NCBI GenBank assembly: GCA_963662315.1
Contig: OY759353.1
Coordinates: 256,001-320,000, forward strand
Length of the DNA stretch: 64,000 nt
Direction of reading: 5' to 3'
Source: Geopsychrobacteraceae bacterium
Lineage (GTDB): Bacteria; Desulfobacterota; Desulfuromonadia; Desulfuromonadales; Geopsychrobacteraceae
Of the stretch, positions 40,350 to 50,836 are shown in pieces (the stretch's first letter is position 1; each line of letters begins with the position of its first letter). A model generated the notes under the pieces. It was not told where the DNA came from, made no database searches, and saw only the letters and a program-made list of their open reading frames with translations. Made by a program: the position numbers and the translations under genes.

Positions 40350-43053
40350 GGAAGATTTTGAAGTTATAGCGCTGTTGATGTGTAAAAACCTTGGTGATGA
40401 AATTGACAGAACAGCGATTGAACAGAAGGTCAAGGAGCTTGGTGTTCCATATGGTTTTGATGATGATGTTATCTATGAAGTGGTCAGAAAGGTTGAATCT
40501 AGACTTGTTACAACAATGGATGAAGGTGTTTCACTCGTTGATCCTGAGGCGGATCATGATGAAGAGTGGATCAATCAAAAAGAAGGTCTGGAATGGAGCT
40601 ACTGGAATGAATACAGGGAGCAGCTTCTTCTTGAGGGGTGGGGGGATAAGGTTCTTTATTCTTTAGGGGAAGTTACCGATCGGATTCTTGGCCTGTTGAA
40701 AGACCCTGATACTCTTGGGGAATGGGATCGGAGGGGGCTTGTTGTTGGTCATGTGCAGTCAGGTAAAACGGCTAACTATATCGGCCTGATATCCAAGGCA
40801 GCAGATGCTGGCTATCGCTTTATTATCGTAATTGCAGGAATTCACAATAATTTAAGGAAGCAGACTCAGATTCGAATAGATGAAGGTTTTGTAGGTTTGT
40901 CTGCTGATGGTGATAAGACAGAGCGAGTCGGGGTCGGCAATAGAAACCGCTCCAGGCGGGATCCTGTTCCACTGACCAATACGGCCAGTGATTTCAATAA
41001 AAAAACTGCAGGCGTACATCAGAATGACCTTGAGCTTTACGAGCAGGCTGGACGGCCAGCCATCATGGTTATTAAGAAGAACGTGTCTACCCTCAAGCGT
41101 CTTTACAAATGGTTGACAGATCTCAATGCTGATCAGAATGGCCAGATCTCTAAAATCCCGATGCTTCTGATTGATGATGAAGCAGACAATGCATCTATTA
41201 ACACAAATAAAGCAGACCTCAACCCGACTCAGACAAATGCTTGGATAAGACAGCTTCTGAAGGTGTTCAATAAGAGTTGTTATGTAGGATATACGGCTAC
41301 TCCTTTTGCCAATATTTTCATTAATCCGAAAGATGAAGATGAAATGGTGGGAGATGACCTTTTTCCGAGTGACTTTATCTATTGCCTCGATGCCCCGAGT
41401 AATTATTTTGGTGCCGACAAAGTTTTCCTCGACAATGGCATCAGAAAATCTGTTCTTCGAACTATTGATGATGCAGAAGAGTGTTTTCCTCTGTCTCACA
41501 AAAGACATGATCCTGTTCCTGACATTCCTCCTACGGCTAAAAAAGCTATTCAGACATTCCTTATTGCCAAAACAATCAGGAACATCAGAAAGCAGGACAA
41601 TAAACACTGCACAATGATGGTTAATGTGTCTAGGTTCGTGGATATTCAGAGAGAAGTTAGGGGACATATTGCCCACTACCTTTCAGGGATTCAGGACGCG
41701 ATACTTGCTAACTATAAAAAGCCTGTCCACGAGGCACTTCGCAGCCCGATCATGGCTGGTTTAAAGGAAGTCTTTGATTCTGAATACGCAGAATGCCCCG
41801 AGTCATGGGAGTTGGTTCAAGGCTCTCTTTATCAGGCTGCAGATGGAGTTAAAACCTATCTTGTAAACAGCAAGTCTGATGAGTCTCTAGACTATGGAAA
41901 ATATGAAGCGGATGGTGATGCTCTCACTGCTTTAGCGGTTGGTGGACTCAGCCTGTCACGTGGGCTGACTCTTGAGGGTTTGACAGTCAGTTACATGTAT
42001 AGAAACACAAAAATGTATGACACTTTGTTTCAGATGGGTCGATGGTTCGGTTATCGGCCGGGATATGAGGATTTATGCAGGGTGTATCTTTCTGAAGAGT
42101 CACAAGGTTGGTATTCACATATCGCAGAGGTCTCAGAGGATCTCAGGCAGCAAGTAAAGCAGATGAGACGTGATGGATTTAAGCCTGTTGAATTTGGATT
42201 ATATGTTAGGTCTCATCCTGATGCCTTAATAGTAACTGCCTTGAATAAAATGAGACATGCTAAAAAAGTTACCCTCAAAGTTAGTTTCGATGGAGTCCTT
42301 AGGGAAACGCATATGCTTTCCAAGTCAGAGGACACAAGAATTAAAAATCTTATGGTCATGACTTTACTATATGAAACTCTCAATAATGAACAGAAAGCAA
42401 AACGAACTTCCGAGGACAGGGGAACCGTTTGGAGGGAGGTCCCCGCAGGCTATGCGATTGATTTTATTGATAGTTTTATTTTCCACAAAGCACTTCAGTA
42501 TCGTGAAATTGACTACAAAGAAGCGTTTACGAGTTATGCAAGAGAGGTAATAGATACTTATCCATATTGGGATATTGTTTTTGTGTCTTTGGTTGGAGAG
42601 GAACACGCTCATCCTGTATTGCCAATGGCGTTGCAGAAAAGACAGGTGGGTAAGGAAAATAATCGAATAAAGAAAACAGAATCAGAGGATGGGTGGCATG
42701 TTGGCGGTAGACAAAGAGTTTCAGGCAAGAATGTTGAGAGTATCGGTTTAACTGATATTGAAAAGAAAATTGCCCAAGATATTGCAGTGAAAAATAAAGA
42801 CAAAGAGTTAACGGACAGGCATTTCCGCTATGAAGCTGTAAGGGGCAGACCTTTACTGATGCTCCATTTGCTTAATCTTGTCGACGAAGACGATGGTGCT
42901 AATGAAATCCTAGGGAAGATGATGCCTGCAATAGGAATCAGCTTTCCATTCACCGGTCGCTACAGATCTATCGAATGTGTAGCAAATCCAGTTTGGCTGG
43001 AGGGGATGCTTGCCGACTCCCCGCTTGAGGAGGATGATTATGAAATCAACTGA
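40342..43053 (+). CDS. Z1-domain SF2 helicase-like protein
   Basis: GHVQSGKTANY, IDDEAD, YTATPFAN, LSRGLTLEGL, YDTLFQMGRWFGYRPGY. Confidence 0.9.
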   Translation: MLKEDFEVIALLMCKNLGDEIDRTAIEQKVKELGVPYGFDDDVIYEVVRKVESRLVTTMDEGVSLVDPEADHDEEWINQKEGLEWSYWNEYREQLLLEGWGDKVLYSLGEVTDRILGLLKDPDTLGEWDRRGLVVGHVQSGKTANYIGLISKAADAGYRFIIVIAGIHNNLRKQTQIRIDEGFVGLSADGDKTERVGVGNRNRSRRDPVPLTNTASDFNKKTAGVHQNDLELYEQAGRPAIMVIKKNVSTLKRLYKWLTDLNADQNGQISKIPMLLIDDEADNASINTNKADLNPTQTNAWIRQLLKVFNKSCYVGYTATPFANIFINPKDEDEMVGDDLFPSDFIYCLDAPSNYFGADKVFLDNGIRKSVLRTIDDAEECFPLSHKRHDPVPDIPPTAKKAIQTFLIAKTIRNIRKQDNKHCTMMVNVSRFVDIQREVRGHIAHYLSGIQDAILANYKKPVHEALRSPIMAGLKEVFDSEYAECPESWELVQGSLYQAADGVKTYLVNSKSDESLDYGKYEADGDALTALAVGGLSLSRGLTLEGLTVSYMYRNTKMYDTLFQMGRWFGYRPGYEDLCRVYLSEESQGWYSHIAEVSEDLRQQVKQMRRDGFKPVEFGLYVRSHPDALIVTALNKMRHAKKVTLKVSFDGVLRETHMLSKSEDTRIKNLMVMTLLYETLNNEQKAKRTSEDRGTVWREVPAGYAIDFIDSFIFHKALQYREIDYKEAFTSYAREVIDTYPYWDIVFVSLVGEEHAHPVLPMALQKRQVGKENNRIKKTESEDGWHVGGRQRVSGKNVESIGLTDIEKKIAQDIAVKNKDKELTDRHFRYEAVRGRPLLMLHLLNLVDEDDGANEILGKMMPAIGISFPFTGRYRSIECVANPVWLEGMLADSPLEEDDYEIN

Positions 43054-44002
43054 CAGTCTTCCTTGGTATGATATCCAGACACCTCAGAAGGGTTACAATA
43101 TCCAGAGGATAGACCCCAATCATCCGCATGGTTATTTCTGGGCGAAAGACTCTGAGGGGAGCTATCTGCTTTTTCTGGAGCTGACAAAAGAGCTGACAGA
43201 CTTTCTTGATAATAAGTTGGTAGATCTTCAGGGGGTTAAGGCAGATATTACATGGCACCCATCAACTTCTCAGTATTTCTTCAGCCTCAAGTTACAGAAT
43301 AAAGAGGATGCGGACATATTTTACCGGCTCTGCTTTGATCTGATTGATAGAACTGCTGATGTCCATGTACTGAAGGTTGCACTGGAAATTATCAATAACA
43401 GGTTGAAGCGATGGAAGGCGTTCTTGAGGGGAAAGAAGAAGAATATTCTCACTCCTCAAGAAGTCAGAGGCCTGTTTGCGGAATTGATTCTGTTGCAGAA
43501 GGGCCTTCTTGGCACCCAAGAACAGTTGGCCGTTATAGAGGGGTGGCAGGGGCCGTTAGGGGAACCTCAAGATTTTGTGTTTGGTGATTTTGCCGTTGAA
43601 GTTAAATCTATAACAGGTACACAGAAAAACCGGGTTAAGATTTCTTCAGAACACCAGCTGTTCACGCACCTTGATAAACTATACCTTCATGTCACATATC
43701 TTTCTGAATTTCATGATTGTAAAAATGGGCTCTCACTCAATCAACAGGTTGAGGCAGTGCGTGACGCAATCAGCGATCCAGACCACCTTGATGTCTTGGA
43801 AGCCCGGTTGCTGAAAACCGGGTATCTTGAACTCAAGGACTATGACTCTCCCAGCTTTACTGTTTCCCGATGTAAAAGTTTTCTGGTAACGGAAGCTTTC
43901 CCGCGAATCGTACCTGGGGACCTGAAAGACGGTGTGTCCTGCGTAACATATGACTTGGATCTCAAATCAATCGAAAGCTATTTATGTGAACCGCCGATGT
44001 AG
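43040..44002 (+). CDS. PD-(D/E)XK motif protein (DUF4420)
   Basis: GLFAEL, WQGP...QDF...VEVKS, ISSEHQL, FPRI. Confidence 0.85.
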   Translation: MKSTDSLPWYDIQTPQKGYNIQRIDPNHPHGYFWAKDSEGSYLLFLELTKELTDFLDNKLVDLQGVKADITWHPSTSQYFFSLKLQNKEDADIFYRLCFDLIDRTADVHVLKVALEIINNRLKRWKAFLRGKKKNILTPQEVRGLFAELILLQKGLLGTQEQLAVIEGWQGPLGEPQDFVFGDFAVEVKSITGTQKNRVKISSEHQLFTHLDKLYLHVTYLSEFHDCKNGLSLNQQVEAVRDAISDPDHLDVLEARLLKTGYLELKDYDSPSFTVSRCKSFLVTEAFPRIVPGDLKDGVSCVTYDLDLKSIESYLCEPPM

Positions 44003-44013
44003 CAGGGGGACCT

Positions 44014-46089
44014 ATGAGCGATTTTACTCTAGAGGACTATTTTCAAGATATTCGTCAGAGTGCACTTGCCGGATCTGAAGCACGTCAGGATTATCTGGAA
44101 GAAGAATTTCTGTTGAATCTCACAACTGAGCTGGAAGGTTCTGGTGTCTTAGACGGTTTTGAGCCCCGTCATTATAAACCTCCACGTGGTGGGATGAGAG
44201 TCGATGGATATTGGTTTAAGGAGGAAGAGTCTGCTCTCGATCTTTTTATCCTAGATTTTGAAAATAGAGACTCGATTGAATCTCTTACAATGACAGAGGT
44301 TAAAAGTATATTCAAACGCTTGGAAAATTTCTTTACTGGCAGTATTGAAAAGAGACTTTTCAACGGCTTGGAAGAGGCTTCTCAGGGATATGGTTTGTCA
44401 CGAGATATCTTCGACCGCCGTGCTAACTACTCAAAAGTAAACTTTTACCTAATCTCTGAACGTAAGCTCAGTGACCGTGCTGTTGCCTTGGGAGATATCC
44501 AGTTTCTACACTGGAACCTGACTTATCACGTCTGGGACATTTCACGTTTTTACAAGCAACAGATGTCTAGAGGTGCTAAAGAAGATCTGGTTGTCGATCT
44601 GAAGCAATTATGTGGGAGAGGGCTGCAATGCTTGCCTGCACATCTCAACAATGATGACTATGAGTCGTATCTTCTTGTCATGCCAGCCACAGTTTTGTCT
44701 GACCTGTATGGGAAATACGGTGCAAGATTGCTCGAGCAGAATGTGCGTTGTTTTTTACAGGCTCGCGGGAATGTTAATAAGGGCATCAGGGCAACCATAA
44801 TGAATGACCCTGGGATGTTCTTTGCCTACAATAACGGCATCACAGCTACGGCTAAGGAAGTAATTACGAGGGTGAGTTCAGGCGCAATGTTTGTTGAGCA
44901 AATAAGAGACCTTCAGATAGTCAATGGCGGCCAGACGACAGCATCGTTGTTTCACACAAATAAAAGGGATAAAGCAGCTCTTGACCAAGTGTTTGTTCAG
45001 ATGAAACTTTCAGTTGTCGATGAAGAGAAAAGTGAAGAAGTTGTTCCAAGAATATCAGAATATGCGAATACTCAAAATAAGGTCAATGCCGCTGATTTCT
45101 TCTCAAATCATCCTTTTCATGTACGAATGGAAGAGTTTTCCAGAAGACTGTGGGCTCCGCCGATGCCCGGTGCTCTGAGAGATTCCAAGTGGTTCTACGA
45201 AAGAGCTCGTGGGCAATATGCTGATGCACAATCCAAGCTGACCCCGGCTGGACGTAAGAAGTTTCAGGCGGAGAACCCCAAGTCCAGAATGTTTACTAAG
45301 ACCGATCTGGCCAAGTTTGAAAACGTCTGGGATGAGAAGCCTACGTTCGTGAACCTTGGTGCCCAGAAGAACTTTGCAAAGTACGCAGAGAGAATAGGGA
45401 AGGCGTGGGAAAAATCCCAAGACTCCTTCAATGAGTTCTATTTCAAGCGTGCAATTGCCCGGGCAATTATCTTTAAGAGAACTGAAAAGCTTGTTTCCGC
45501 ACAGCCTTGGTATCAAGGTGGATATAGGGCGAATATCGTTGCCTATACATTAGCAATGTTTTCTGAGTACTGCAGAGCAAAGAACCTCTCTCCTGACTTT
45601 GCTTCTATATGGAAAAATCAGGATGTTTCAGCGGCTACCGTTGATTCATTGGAAATGATCGGAAAGTTTGTTTCGGATGACATATCCGTACCACCTGCAG
45701 GTATTTCGAATATTTCTGAATGGTGCAAAAAAGACGCTTGCTGGTCGCGTCTAAAGGACAAATTGTCAGAATTGGACAGCTTGCTTCCTAAGAAGTTTAT
45801 AAGTGAACTGGTTTCAATTGGGGAAATCAAAGAGGTAGCAAAAGAGTCTAGCAAAGCTCAGAAAATAGATAATGGAATTATGGCTCAGGTGCGAGTTGCT
45901 CAGATACCTTCCGATCAATGGGTTTATGTTCTTGAGGCGTGTACGGAGAAAGGAATCTTATCTCCAATGGAAATGGAAATATTGAAGGTGGCGGCCTATT
46001 CAAAAAGGCCCCCTTCAGAAAAACAATCTGTTATATTGCTCGAGACTTTATCAAAGGCTGAACTCGAGGGTATTGTTGTTACCGTATAA
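44014..46089 (+). CDS. AIPR family protein
   Basis: LLEQNVRCFL, FFAYNNGIT, QIVNGGQTT, ANTQN, WFYERARGQY. Confidence 0.9.
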   Translation: MSDFTLEDYFQDIRQSALAGSEARQDYLEEEFLLNLTTELEGSGVLDGFEPRHYKPPRGGMRVDGYWFKEEESALDLFILDFENRDSIESLTMTEVKSIFKRLENFFTGSIEKRLFNGLEEASQGYGLSRDIFDRRANYSKVNFYLISERKLSDRAVALGDIQFLHWNLTYHVWDISRFYKQQMSRGAKEDLVVDLKQLCGRGLQCLPAHLNNDDYESYLLVMPATVLSDLYGKYGARLLEQNVRCFLQARGNVNKGIRATIMNDPGMFFAYNNGITATAKEVITRVSSGAMFVEQIRDLQIVNGGQTTASLFHTNKRDKAALDQVFVQMKLSVVDEEKSEEVVPRISEYANTQNKVNAADFFSNHPFHVRMEEFSRRLWAPPMPGALRDSKWFYERARGQYADAQSKLTPAGRKKFQAENPKSRMFTKTDLAKFENVWDEKPTFVNLGAQKNFAKYAERIGKAWEKSQDSFNEFYFKRAIARAIIFKRTEKLVSAQPWYQGGYRANIVAYTLAMFSEYCRAKNLSPDFASIWKNQDVSAATVDSLEMIGKFVSDDISVPPAGISNISEWCKKDACWSRLKDKLSELDSLLPKKFISELVSIGEIKEVAKESSKAQKIDNGIMAQVRVAQIPSDQWVYVLEACTEKGILSPMEMEILKVAAYSKRPPSEKQSVILLETLSKAELEGIVVTV

Positions 46090-46224
46090 AGTTGGATGCG
46101 GCTTAGGGGTAGATGCGATGAGAAATGATGATGCTCAGAGAGTTCTTGGACAGTATACTTATTCGTTCTATATCTTACCTCTATATTTACTAGTTCGCCC
46201 TAGGATTCAACACATTCGCACGTA

Positions 46225-46350
46225 AATCTGTTTTTAGCCACTGATGCACACAGATAAACGCGGATAGAAAACTGAACCATGGTCAGGCCATTCAATCAGT
46301 GCTGATCTGTGAAAATCTGTGGCTGATTTTCTCTGCGTCCACCGCGTCTC
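46225..46350 (+). repeat. Second repeat family (gccactgatgcacacagat...atctgtgaaaatctgtggc), copy 1 (partial)
   Basis: Near-identical to parts of the copies at 47832 and 48888. Confidence 0.9.
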
Positions 46351-46357
46351 TGGGGTC

Positions 46358-46427
46358 ATATGCAGGGTCACGTCTTGCAATCCAGTATCAAAATGTGGAA
46401 AAGCAAGACGTTCCCCTGGTGATTTTA
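46358..46427. repeat. REP-like inverted repeat (gggtcacgtcttgc...gcaagacgttccc), copy 1
   Basis: Related copies at 49132 and 50837. Confidence 0.8.
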
Positions 46428-46437
46428 CTGTTAAATG

Positions 46438-47670
46438 TCATTCATACCGCCCCCAAAAGCTGGTCTTACGCCCATGTTTTGCCTTAAGACCATCAAAGTA
46501 ATCCTTATGTGGCTGGAAACCCCGCCAATCGCTGATAACGTCGCTTAACAGATCCAGCTTTTTCAGGTAGCGCGCGCCGTGACCGTAGGTTTTGGTCTGG
46601 GCTCTGGCAAGAATGGAATCAAGCAGGGCACGGTAGATGAGGGTAGCGGACAGAGAGCGGCCGACCGTCTCAAGGTCTGCGGCCAGGTTCGGCAGGGCGT
46701 GATAGTGGTCGCCATTAAGCTGATCGGCACGATTGAAGATGTAGCTCTCTGTTGCCTCCCACTGTTTCATCTGGATGAGAAAACGCAGATCGGTCAGATT
46801 GAGAGTGGTTTGTTGTTGTATAAGGTCAATCTCTTCCATCAGCAGCCGGTCTTTTTGATCTTCGCCGATCAGTTTAATCAGGGTGGTAAAGCCCGCGACA
46901 TCGCGCTGAAAGCGGAACAGCCGCCAGGCGGTTTCGGTCTCAAGTTTTTTGTCTCCGGTTTTGCGGCAGATGTCTAGAAGCAGTCTGTCTCGGTCATGTC
47001 GCCAATGGCTGTCTTTTTCCTGATGACCAAGAAGTTTCTCGCAGGCTACCTGCGGCTGGCCGGATTCCAGATAGACTCGTGCGATATCGAGCCAGACCCT
47101 TAAGCTTGGTTCTTTGCCCCAACTGGCCAGTTCAATCTGTTCAAACAGCTGCGGATCTTTGATCTGGCGGGCCAGGGTGGCGGCGAGGGTGTAATGTGAG
47201 CGGCTGCGGTATTCGTCTGTGTGCTCTTCGGCTTGCCGGGTGAAACGGGCGATCAGGTTGCGGCATGTAGTTGTATCCAGATAGTCGGCGGCATGATCAA
47301 GCAGACTGTCTCGGACGCCATAGGCATCGTCGCTGATGGTTTTACTGACGAGTGCTGCCAGCCACTCTTTGTCGTCACAACGGCGGGCATAGTCGCAGAA
47401 CAGGTCTGTCGCATAATAGCGATAGACATCCCCGACCGTACCGCTGGAATCGTCACATCGGTCAAAGACACTGCGGTCGGTGGTGAAGAAATCTGCAATC
47501 AGGGTTGCTCCGCTTTGGGGATCAGCGACCTGTTCTCGGATATCGCTGAGAAGCTCTTCAAGTTCACGGGCCAGGTATTTTGATTGTCCCCAGGGGACAA
47601 AACGACGGGCACGTTTGAGGGTGCTGAGCTGTTTTTTGATATCCCTGATAAGCGGATTGGCTGGCGGCAT
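46438..47670 (-). CDS. Helical-repeat hypothetical protein (DUF6880-like)
   Basis: DDSSGTVG, DAYGVRD, YRALLDSILARA..YGHGARYL, HGRKTSFW. Confidence 0.7.
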   Translation of the reverse strand: MPPANPLIRDIKKQLSTLKRARRFVPWGQSKYLARELEELLSDIREQVADPQSGATLIADFFTTDRSVFDRCDDSSGTVGDVYRYYATDLFCDYARRCDDKEWLAALVSKTISDDAYGVRDSLLDHAADYLDTTTCRNLIARFTRQAEEHTDEYRSRSHYTLAATLARQIKDPQLFEQIELASWGKEPSLRVWLDIARVYLESGQPQVACEKLLGHQEKDSHWRHDRDRLLLDICRKTGDKKLETETAWRLFRFQRDVAGFTTLIKLIGEDQKDRLLMEEIDLIQQQTTLNLTDLRFLIQMKQWEATESYIFNRADQLNGDHYHALPNLAADLETVGRSLSATLIYRALLDSILARAQTKTYGHGARYLKKLDLLSDVISDWRGFQPHKDYFDGLKAKHGRKTSFWGRYE

Positions 47671-47831
47671 GTCCGAACTCCTATAACTAATAATTTTAAT
47701 AGTTATTTGATGGGCTTGAAGTATGACATCTGTTGAGGATTGATGCCAGTTGCTAAATTTATGTTTGTGTTCCCCTTATATTTAATTATCCGGGGCAGAC
47801 CAAGGGAAATTGCTGTAATCGTTTGTTGATC

Positions 47832-48060
47832 TCTCTTTTTGACGGTTATTTGTGTTTCTAAAGCCTGTTTTTGAGCTCGAAACGATATTTGAATAACCCT
47901 CAATCTGTTTTTAGCCACTGATGCACACAGATAATAGCGGATAGAAAACAGAACTATGTCAGGCCATTCAATCAGTGCCGATCTGTGAAAATCTGTGGCT
48001 GCTTTTCTCTGCGCCTTTTGCGTCTCTTTGTGAGATTGATTTGATTCCCTTTCCGTGGAC
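47832..48060 (+). repeat. Second repeat family, copy 2 (~230 bp)
   Basis: Direct repeat of 48888..49119. Confidence 0.92.
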
Positions 48061-48301
48061 AAGTTATGGTCTGATCCTCATTGATCCTCGCCTGAAAGTT
48101 TTTCTAGCTCTTGCCTGGGGCTTTGGCCGGAGAGGTTAGCCAGTTTTTCTAACTTGTCGTAAAAGAGGTTTTTAATTCTTCTGTTTCAGTTACCGGAAAG
48201 GCGAGGCTCTACCCATATTTTAATGGAATTGGGCTGCAGACTTGACGCTGTAGTCAATATTGAATAATTTTGATACAAACTGTCTTCAGGAGAATACGAA
48301 T

Positions 48302-48562
48302 ATGGCACAAACGACAATGACGGTTCGTCTCAGTGGTCCTTTAAGTGACTTTGTCGCTCAAAACGTTGGTGAGAATGGTTCCTATGAGAATACGAGTGAA
48401 TATATCCGGGACCTTATTCGTCGCGACAAAGAGCGTACAGAACAACAGATGTTTGAACGGCTCAAGGCGGAATTGACGCTTGCTTTTTCTGCTGATGAGG
48501 AAACTTATCGCCCGCTGACCGCTGCAGACGTTATTAAGCGGAATCAGGAAGCACAGGGTTGA
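48302..48562 (+). CDS. parD: ParD-like ribbon-helix-helix antitoxin
   Basis: MTVRLSG...GSYENTSEYIRDLIRRD; start 48302 with AGGAG RBS. Confidence 0.85.
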   Translation: MAQTTMTVRLSGPLSDFVAQNVGENGSYENTSEYIRDLIRRDKERTEQQMFERLKAELTLAFSADEETYRPLTAADVIKRNQEAQG

Positions 48563-48873
48563 TGGCCCGGTTTCTGGTTCAGCAGAGTGCCTTGCTGAGA
48601 ATTGATGAAATTTATCGCTATACTCTGAAGGAATGGGGCGCGGCCCAGGCAGAAGCTTATATCATCGGTCTGTTTGACGTTTTTGCGAAAGTGGGTACGC
48701 AGGAAATTATTTCCCGCCCGGTTCCTGCCGAGTTCGGAGTGGACGGCTTTTTCTTCAGGTATGAAAAGCACTTTGTTTCCTGGCGATATTTGAGTAACCA
48801 TAAAATCGGAATCGTCACTATTTTACATGAGCGTATGCATAAGATTGATCGCTTCAAAGATGATTTTGGCTAA
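48562..48873 (+). CDS. parE: ParE/RelE family toxin
   Basis: IYRYT..EWG..QAEAY...HFV...ILHERM; TGATG overlap with the antitoxin. Confidence 0.85.
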   Translation: MARFLVQQSALLRIDEIYRYTLKEWGAAQAEAYIIGLFDVFAKVGTQEIISRPVPAEFGVDGFFFRYEKHFVSWRYLSNHKIGIVTILHERMHKIDRFKDDFG

Positions 48874-48887
48874 TAACCTTCTAAATT

Positions 48888-49119
48888 TCTCTTTTTTGAC
48901 GGTTGTTTGTGTCTTAAACGCCTGTTTTTGAGGGCGAAATGATATTTGAAAATAACCCTCAATCTGTTTTTAGCCACTGATGCACACAGATAAACGCGGA
49001 TAGAAAACTGAACTATATCAGGCCATTCAATCAGTGCCGATCTGTGAAAATCTGTGGCTGCTTTTCTCTGCGCCCTTTGCGTCTCCGCGTGAGATTGATT
49101 TGATTATATTTCCGTGAAC
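48888..49119 (+). repeat. Second repeat family, copy 3 (~230 bp)
   Basis: Direct repeat of 47832..48060. Confidence 0.92.
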
Positions 49120-49131
49120 GGTTGAAAGCAA

Positions 49132-49201
49132 ATATGCGGGGTCATGTCTTGCAATCTAGAATTAAAGTATGGCAAAGCAAGACGTGACCCTAGTGATTTT
49201 A
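49132..49201. repeat. REP-like inverted repeat, copy 2
   Basis: gggtcatgtcttgc...gcaagacgtgaccc. Confidence 0.8.
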
Positions 49202-49234
49202 TTTCGGCCACATATTTCCAATAGGTTTGTTGCT

Positions 49235-49591
49235 ATGCAGAACTTAAATTTAAAAGAAATCAGTCAGCGACTACGTGAATTCGCTGACGCGCGCGATTGG
49301 GAGCAGTTTCATTCGCCTAAAAATTTGTCCATGGCCTTAAGTGTTGAGGCGGGAGAATTGGTGGAATGCTTTCAATGGCTTACTGAAGAACAGTCGTATG
49401 ATCTAAGCGCTAGTCAACTGAATGCTGTTGCCGAGGAAATCGCTGATGTACAGCTTTACCTGATTCGTCTAGCAGACAAACTGGGTGTCGACATTGCTGA
49501 TGCCGTTGAGAAGAAAATTGAGAAAAACGGCGCTAAATATCCCGCGGACAGGGTCAAAGGCAGTTCGAAGAAATATACAGAGTACAAATAA
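49235..49591 (+). CDS. MazG-like nucleotide pyrophosphohydrolase
   Basis: RDWEQFHSPKNL, EAGELVECFQW, EEIADV, KYP. Confidence 0.9.
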   Translation: MQNLNLKEISQRLREFADARDWEQFHSPKNLSMALSVEAGELVECFQWLTEEQSYDLSASQLNAVAEEIADVQLYLIRLADKLGVDIADAVEKKIEKNGAKYPADRVKGSSKKYTEYK

Positions 49592-49654
49592 GAGCGGATG
49601 GGGGACGTGCAACTCCGGAACCGGGGAAGCCTTGATAAAGGAAGAAACATAGTT

Positions 49655-50836
49655 ATGGACAGAAAAATTGGTCAGGGGACACGTGCGGTCTGGGCCGGTG
49701 AGGAAGAGTTACTACTCGGTGCAACCCAGGTTCCGGTCGTGCACAGTGCCGCTTTCGGCTTCAGTGATATGGATGAATGGCTCGATGTGGCTACGGGAAG
49801 GAAAGAGGGGCATATCTACACCCGCAACAGCAATCCGACCGTTGCGGTCTTCGAGGAAAAGGTCCGTATTCTTGAAGGGGCCGAGGCCGCAACCAGCGCC
49901 GCTTCCGGAATGGGAATCATTAGCAGTACCCTGTTTGGACTGCTGGCAAGTGGCGACCGGGTCGTTTCGGTCAAAGACACCTATGGCGGAACCAGCGCCA
50001 TCTTCACCGAATTCATGCCCAGGTTCGGGATCGAGGTCTGCCAATGCGACACTCTCGATGAGCAGCAGATAGAGGAGGAGATCGCCAAGGGGTGCTGTTT
50101 GCTCTACCTGGAGAGCCCGACCAACCCGACCACCAAGGTGACCGACATTGCCAAGCTGGCGCAAGCAGCCCATGCAGTTGGCGCCTTGGTTGTGGTTGAC
50201 AATACTGCGGCAACGCCGATCAACCAGAATCCCCTCGCCCTGGGTGCCGATGTCGTGGTCCACAGCGCCACCAAATATCTCGGTGGCCATGCCGATGCCC
50301 TCGGCGGCGTTGCCTGTGGCAGCAGGGAGTTGATCGGAAAAATCTATCATTACCGCGAAATCCATGGCGCCATCCTGGAGCCGATGTCCGCTTACCTGCT
50401 GCTGCGCGGAATGAAAACCCTCGCTCTACGCATCGAGCGCCAGAACAGCAATGCGCTGCAGATTGCCCGCTTCCTGGAGCAGCATCCGGCCATTGAGCAG
50501 GTGAATTACCCTGGACTTCCGTCCCATCCCGGACATGACATCGCCCGCAGACAGATGAAAGGGTTCGGCGGCATCCTCAGCTTCATGCTCAAGGAGAACA
50601 GCCTGGATGCTGTCGGCAGGTTCATCGCGCGGCTGCGTTTTGCCCATGCCGCCGGCAATCTGGGAGCGGTCGAAACCATCGTCGCCCCGCCCGCAACCAG
50701 CAGTCACGTCGAATGTACCCCTGAAGAACGTGCCCGCCTGGGAATACCGGAGGGGCTGATCCGTTATTCGACCGGGATTGAAAATGTGGAAGATCTTATC
50801 GGCGACCTGGAAGCTGCCTTGAAACAGTTTATCTAG
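49655..50836 (+). CDS. Cystathionine gamma-synthase / methionine gamma-lyase family PLP enzyme
   Basis: YTRNSNPT, SGM, YGGT, ESPTNP, VDNT, HSATKYLGGH, LRGMKTL. Confidence 0.9.
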   Translation: MDRKIGQGTRAVWAGEEELLLGATQVPVVHSAAFGFSDMDEWLDVATGRKEGHIYTRNSNPTVAVFEEKVRILEGAEAATSAASGMGIISSTLFGLLASGDRVVSVKDTYGGTSAIFTEFMPRFGIEVCQCDTLDEQQIEEEIAKGCCLLYLESPTNPTTKVTDIAKLAQAAHAVGALVVVDNTAATPINQNPLALGADVVVHSATKYLGGHADALGGVACGSRELIGKIYHYREIHGAILEPMSAYLLLRGMKTLALRIERQNSNALQIARFLEQHPAIEQVNYPGLPSHPGHDIARRQMKGFGGILSFMLKENSLDAVGRFIARLRFAHAAGNLGAVETIVAPPATSSHVECTPEERARLGIPEGLIRYSTGIENVEDLIGDLEAALKQFI

